DNA of 43,919 nt from Phoronis australis (taxonomy: Eukaryota; Animalia; Phoronida): positions 369,284-413,202 of the forward strand of contig NMRA01000402.1 of NCBI GenBank assembly GCA_002633005.1, given 5' to 3'. The first letter of the stretch is position 1. Each line of letters begins with the position of its first letter. A program made the position numbers and the translations under genes. Under the pieces are notes generated by a model. The model was not told the origin of the DNA. It worked only from the letters and a program-made list of their open reading frames with translations, and searched no databases. Below, piece by piece: positions 37,288-43,919 of this stretch.

Positions 37288-38680
37288 GCACTGAACAGTT
37301 AGGCTGCGGCCGTGGGTAATTTGCACTCTCAAAATATTAAAATCTAGGGCTAGGCCAGGTTTGGGGGCAATTTTAGTCAGGTATTGCATACATTGTATAA
37401 CAAGTGACTGTGCTTTGTATGTATTTGTGAACATGTTGAGAATGAAAAACGCCACGTGCTCGGCTGTAGCTGCCCACTTCTTCAAGATGGTGGTCCCCTG
37501 TTGCAATTGTGCATTGCTGGGTAGCAACTGAGAAATTGGCCGATATTTCAGGTAGCCCTAAAACAAGCCAGCTTTGCAAAAAAACTAGTTCGTTGACAGT
37601 GTGTTTGGATCAAATTTTTGGAATTTTTAGGAAATGTACTTTCAGAATAGAATGTTGGCATTAGTCGAACATTGGCATGGAATCGGTGGTTTTGGGGGTG
37701 AAAAGTGCCGACTTTGCGTTTTTGCCCCCATTTTTCATAGTTAAGCCTGGTTTTCAGTGGGAGTGAAATTGTCAAAAATACAAGAGAAAATAGTTTCTCT
37801 GCTTATCTGTAAGGCTTGCGATGTGAAATGACTTAAAAATTTTCTATATTTGTAAACAGTTTTTGCCAAAGTGAAGAAAGGTGAAGAGTCCATTTTCGTG
37901 TGTTCTGATAGGTAAACCCCTGTGAGAACTGTTCTCTGCCTACCAAAGCTTGGAATTACAGGGAGAAAACAACGCCATCTGTTGGAATCTACTGCTACAG
38001 CTACATGTAAGTGTACAATGTATACACCAAGGTTGCACTGAATAGTTAGGCTGCGGCCGCGGCCAATTTGCACTCCCAAAATATAGAAATTTTGGGGGCA
38101 TTTTGTTGGTGGGCATTGCACGTAGGCTCAGTGAATGTGGTTTGTTTGTATTTGTGAACATGCTGTGATTAAAAAAGGCCATTTTCTTGGCTGTAGCTGC
38201 ACCCTTCTTCAAGATGGCGGCCACCGGCTGCAATTGTGCATTGTTGGGTAGCGACCGAGAAATTGGTTGGGATTTTAGGTAGCCCTCAAACAAGCAAGAA
38301 TTGCCAGAAAACTAGTTGGTTGAAAGTACTTTTGGACCACATTTTCGGAATTGCTAGGAAATTTGCTTTCAGACTCTAATGTTGGTTTTAGTCGTGCATC
38401 GGCAGGGAAGTGGTGTTTTTCGGGTGAAAAGTGCCGATTTTGCATTTTTTGCCCTTATTTTTCTTAGTCTAGCTTGGTTTTCAGTGGGAATGAAATGGTC
38501 AAAAATACAAGAAAGAATAAAGTTTCTGTGCTCATCTGATGGGCTTTTTATGTGAAATAATTGAAAACATGCCATTCTTTGCATCCTGTTTTTGACAGAG
38601 TGGAGAAATGGTTACAAATCAAGTGATGAGTGTTTTGCTAGGCAAAACCCAGTGAAAACTGTTCTGTACCACCCAAGTTT
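37288..38680. repeat. Diverged tandem duplication, period about 750 bp (37288-37950 and 38036-38680)
   Basis: Shared GCACTGAA.AGTTAGGCTGCGGCCG, CTTCTTCAAGATGG, GGTGAAAAGTGCCGA and TGGTTTTCAGTGGGA blocks with many substitutions. Confidence 0.85.
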
Positions 38681-38775
38681 TTCCAATAATTAGCATATTT
38701 TTCAGGCTACAAAATGTTTAGCAGTTTTGAAAAAATGACCAATTTTATCGAAGTTTGTGTGGTTATTGCGAAAAT

Positions 38776-40353
38776 CGCAAGTGAATTTCAGTGTATGCTC
38801 GGGTTTGGATCCATAAGGCTGTGTCCAAAAATACGGTTTCCCACGAAAAAAAATTGACCATGTGTTTCAACATTAAATTTCGCTTAGATTCACAGCTGGA
38901 TATCCTTTGTTCAAGTGCATGTCTTGCTCTAGATACGGGCGTATGTATTGACCTAAAGCATATATTATCTCGAGATTTTTTATTACATTTCACGAAACGA
39001 GTGCAGGCGACAGAGAATAATACTTCGGCAGGATGTTACTCATATACACGCATGCGCTTCTTGAATGGACGTGTACAGAATACTAAACATTGCCGGAAAC
39101 ATATCATTGGAGTTGAATAGATATTTGAAGTCTGCAGTTTAATGTGTTTGACTTGAAGTCTGCTACTTTTAAAGTGGCTTGGAACGTGAAAAATAGTATA
39201 AAATAAGAAAGTAAATGTTACTCATCTTGCATGAAACCTGTATCATATCGTGGCGTACAAGTTTTTTTGAAGGTTTCGTAAATATAGTGAGTTTTAGATG
39301 AGTTTGCAGTATTTTTCTTTACGTTTGAAAGTTGACCAAAAAGACACGCCTTCGTGCTCGTCAAGTCCGACATTACAGTCCCAAAATGCATTGCGGTGCC
39401 TTATTTGGAAATGGCCTGATGACCTCAGAGAGGTGAAAGGTCGCCGAAAGCAAAACAGTGATGACTGGTTTCGAAAGCACATCGACACCTCGATTTGACT
39501 CAAAGAAGTCCCATTTCTGAAGTAAGTTATAGATTTATTTGGTTTCTATGCTCTCCCAAGTATGATCTAATATACTTTTTGCCCAGGATTTCATTTATGT
39601 GCATTTCAAACGGAAAACGTTCTATTCATGTCTTATCGTTTAATGAATGAAAATAGTCTGGCTCACCGATCGGCCTACGGTCAACATCGTAGACTATGTT
39701 GTGTATAATCTATAGTACACATGAACAATAACATTTTGCTAAAAACATTTCAATGCATCGTGACTGTACGTAGGATTTATAACTAAAATGTATTTCGGGT
39801 GATTGTTAATTGTTACTACGTGATGATTGCGTACAGGCCAAGGCCCCCCCATATGACTGGTGCAAGCAAAAATTACACAGCAACAGCATGAAGCGTGAGA
39901 AAATATCGAGCCCAACGGTAGAATTCCAGAACACCAGGTCCATATTGCCAACCCNCGCAAGTGAATTTCAGTGTATGCTCGGGTTTGGATCCATAAGGCT
40001 GTGTCCAAAAATACGGTTTCCCACGAAAAAAATTTGACCATGTGTTTCAACATTAAATTTCGCTTAGATTCACAGCTGGATATCCTTTGTTCAAGTGCAT
40101 GTCTTGCTCTAGATACGGGCGTATGTATTGACCTAAAGCATATATTATCCCGAGATTTTTTATTACTTTTCACGAAACGAGTGCAGGCGACAGAGAATAA
40201 TACTTCGGCAGGATGTTACTCATATACACGCATGCGCTTCTTGAATGGACGTGTACAGAATACTAAACATTGTCGGAAACATATCATTGGAGTTGAATAG
40301 ATATTTGAAGTCTGCAGTTTAATGTGTTTGACTTGAAGTCTGCTACTTTTAAA
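38776..40353. repeat. Near-identical ~398-bp duplication (38776-39173 and 39956-40353), probably uncollapsed haplotypes
   Basis: Very few mismatches; the second copy starts right after the single N at 39955. Confidence 0.85.
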
Positions 40354-43300
40354 ACAAATATACATATTTGACAATTTAGGCTGTGATGGCAAGAGTGAAT
40401 TTGACGTTTTCTAGTTGAATCGCTAAGAAACATGGTGAAATAAAATTCTCACCCCCTGTGGTTCTATACTTTGTGAAATTGATAATTTGTGATACATGTA
40501 CATGTACATGCGCAACTTTTGCCATACGCCACGTACATTCTTCAGTTTTGCGACAGCCCAGGGCCTTACATGTATTTATGGTGACTAAAAACTACCAAAC
40601 TATGCACACAATTTTCAAAGGTTTTTGGACCTCCTAAATATAATGTACCATATCAATTAAAATGTAAAACTACGTCTACTAACCACGGATACACAATATT
40701 AATAAGATTTTCACACAAGCATGAGCTACGATCAGTTAACGTTGTCTGATATGTGCTCTATAGCATGTCAAACGTATAGGTGTAGGATCATTGGTGTGAA
40801 ATGAGGCACTCTTGTCATGGATTGATGAATGTATCGTGGTTGATAATTTATCAATATCCCTACTTCATTTTCTTTTATAAATTCAAGTACGTACTCATTA
40901 TCGGTATTCGTTTGACACGCTGACATGCAAGCGAGATCACAACAAAGTGCTGGCGTTGTTTTCGGTATACACTGTAGATACCTGTACCCCACTCAGTGTT
41001 TCTAATAAGCGAAGTGTCGTTCATTTTTGCACGTAAAGGTGTAGAAATTAGACCGGAGTCCGAAATTTTATATATATTTGGAGTAGTGAGCCTTAGGAAT
41101 AGTGAGTTGTACCCATTTCCAGCGATGTAAGCAACTTAAGTATCACCTAAATACAATCAGATGAAAAATTTCGTGAAGTCCTTCTCCGACTTAATATATC
41201 CGTGCTACTATGTAATGAAGTTTAATTCTTGATTGCTGTGTACAAGCTTGATTTGAGTGTTTGGCAAGAGGAAACGCGAGAACTTTCTCTTTCTGTACCA
41301 CATTACATCCGAATTTGAGTCCCGTTGCCTGTCNCCCCACAACATTCGAGCCACCTGTGCATACAATCGAGCTTTGCCCATTTCTCCGAGGTGTCATGTT
41401 GGGCCTCCCCTTGTGGCATCCTAGATCCGCCACTTGCGTATTCACCGTTTAGTAAGTGGCCAAGTAGTGCAAGTGCAGTTAGCTAAATCCTCAGCTGTTA
41501 GTGGTGGAAGAAAATGTAATCTGAATTTCTCTGAAAACCTTCATCGAACTTTCTTGTTTACCGATCAAAAAATCCCCCAAAAATTCTGGCCCAGGGTTTT
41601 CTTGAATTCTGGGGCCAAATGCACCCAGTTGGCCCAAAGTACATGTAGTCAATGCATTTTAGGGTTCAAATGGCCAAGTGCAATTACTTGACCAACTTAG
41701 TAATTATATTAAAATTATGACTTAGTAATCACACTGTTATTTACAGTAATTCTAACCAATTACAAGGTGCTTTACAGCGAATTTTTAAATAAAACTTTAA
41801 AATTGGGAAGATTAACTTTCTAATGCTAAATTTTGGTACCTTTTTGAACCTAAAACACAGTTTATCTCCTAATATCTCAAAAGCTGTTAACTCCAGTCAT
41901 CTGATTATTTACATTGTCATTACATGGAAAGATGTGATGATGATAAGTCACAAACACATATGTTCCAAGGACTGGTGGTAAATATATTGACCTAATTGTT
42001 CAGCCAGTAATAGTTTGCAATATGCATCATAATGAACATTCAGTCACAACAGCATTCAAAAAGTTTTATTTTATCGAGCATCATCATGATCCAAATAATT
42101 TTGCTTTTTTTCAAAGAATGTTACACATTTTCACTGACTATAACTACAAGCACTTAGCAATTTAGGGATTTGCACAAATCTGTTGTTTGCAATCAACTTC
42201 TGTTTTATTGAGCTGACCTCCACTTTTACATCTGACTACAATGAAACATCAATGATGTGTGGACTCATGGAGGGATACAAAGTTACTTAATGCACGAAAT
42301 AAGAGGTCATTCCACTTGAGCAATATAACTGTGTTTAGAAATAAAAAGACAGAATCAATCTACACACCTTTGGACAAATGGAATGATAAATTGCACTTCC
42401 AGCAAATTTGTCCCACTAAAAACATCATAAATTGCAGCAACATTAATTGAAAATAACTATATTTCTACTGTCCATGGAGCATCTAATTATCATTCCAGAG
42501 GAGAAAATAATAGAACATCTAGGTACTTTCATAGTTCATAACATATTCATTGGCTACAACATCAGCCGTTGCACAGTTTCAATTGCACAGAACTTGTCTA
42601 ACACTTCACCTGTGGCTAGAGAACAAAGAACTGTCAAAAGTAGCATGTTGTTGCACCAGCAATTGCAGGAGGCACTGAAAGTCTAGGCTTTGTCGCACTG
42701 GCTGAGCATAGAACAGACATTACGTTGTACGTTTTGTTTGAATGGACTTAATATGAGCATACAGTCAAGATTAATAAAGTGATTAACTCGAACCAGTGTT
42801 CAGTCTACCATTGCATCAAAATATTAGAACAGATCGGTGACAACCTGCGCCCACCTATCCNTCAAAATATTAGAACAGATCGGTGACAACCTGCGCCCAC
42901 CTTACCATGGGGTAAAACGTGAAAAGAGCTTAGACTAAAAGACTGGGGCTGAGAACTCACTAATGGAATGCTCTCAGAAACAGAATTTTTTCACACATTA
43001 CCAGTCCTGTTTGAAGCATTTGCTTTGGTTTGGAAATTACTCCCAATGTTAGGCATGGCTTTCATGAACTTTGAGACTATCTGAAATTTAAGAGGCCTGT
43101 TTATTTCCATAGGATATGTGGGAGAGCCATGAAAACAAGGAGAGGTGAAAGTGTAAGAGGAGGTAGAGGAAGGAAATGGAAGTCAGTCGCAGAGCTACTC
43201 TAGGTCCAGCTTCAGTGACCCCAGCTCATCTTGGCCTGCAAGGTTATGCATGTTATCAAGATGACGTACAGGTACATGTACTTTATCATGAATAACAAAC

Positions 43301-43549
43301 ACGTGAAAAAACAACTCAAAAATTCTAGTTCAGAGAATAATTTATGACTTGTAAATATATAGAATATCCAATAATCAACCTTCTATGTCATTTTACATCT
43401 TGAAGAAATAAGGAGCCATTACATTTTACACAGATTTTCATGTGGTTATCATTTGTCTAATGATGCAAAATAAGATGACATCAACTTTTGAATAACGTTC
43501 CAGTTTTTTTCTAGTAGTGAGCTGAGCTTGTAGCTAAGTGAATTATAAG

Positions 43550-43919
43550 AATACAAGATGGGATAAATATCTCCTTTCCATAATTAGTGAACAATCTCCT
43601 AATTTTCAGAGAAGAGTAAATGCAATGACCAAATGAGCAAGTGCGACACCTTTTGGAGAAGGAGGTAGACAGAGAGTGTTGAACCTTTAACAGAAGAAAT
43701 CCGAACATCACTCATTCTTTGCAAGACACGCTGATGAGATGTGAAAGGGAAAAGAGGGTGTCATAAAAACAATAAATTTGCTATCGTCCACGGCTGAGTG
43801 TGCACCAGCTGCATCATGAATTCTGTGGACACCACTGAAACCTGTAGACAACGTGTCATCATAGTCTCCATAGCGGTACATATTGATGCTATCTCCTGCA
43901 ACTTCCTCCCCACCAAACT
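43550..43919 (-). pseudogene. Possible highly decayed Kolobok-type transposase fragment
   Basis: Minus-strand peptides DDSKFIVF, VKGSTLSVY and LLFSEN occur in the order expected for this family's N-terminal region, across frameshifts. Weak support. Confidence 0.3.

Noticed and set aside
38791-40300. Duplicated 109-aa ORF as a gene pair
   Set aside because: No ATG start (GTG), no recognisable domain, and it lies in a probable haplotype duplication.
42816-42902. 41-bp tandem repeat
   Set aside because: The copies straddle the single N at 42861, typical of a contig-overlap artefact.

Overview
AT-rich, repeat-dense eukaryotic genomic DNA, probably from a marine invertebrate; the species cannot be fixed from sequence alone. 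There are two N gaps (30961-31723, 34674-35494) and several single-N contig joins. Only two convincing host genes are present, arranged convergently at the left end. One is the 3' coding exon of a SEA-EGF-EGF-transmembrane mucin-like protein (+, <2-1141). The other is a cytosolic sulfotransferase whose main exon is 4451-5353 (-). The rest is mostly transposon-derived. A decayed CR1/L2-group LINE (about 8090-13737) is interrupted by a 999-bp solo LTR with a 5-bp TSD, a Crypton-like non-autonomous element carrying a tRNA-like A/B-box module, and a 5'-truncated Hero-type restriction-like-endonuclease retrotransposon. Tandem Helentron/HINE-like elements follow it, along with several CAG-terminal MITEs, a foldback element, and a TTAA-flanked THAP/Kolobok-like element apparently built from two left ends. 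Near-identical duplications abutting single Ns look like uncollapsed haplotypes, and one appears to capture a TTAA insertion polymorphism. I see no prokaryotic system, CRISPR array or intact novel multi-gene system. The most unusual items are the transposon architectures and strong TACATGTA enrichment.
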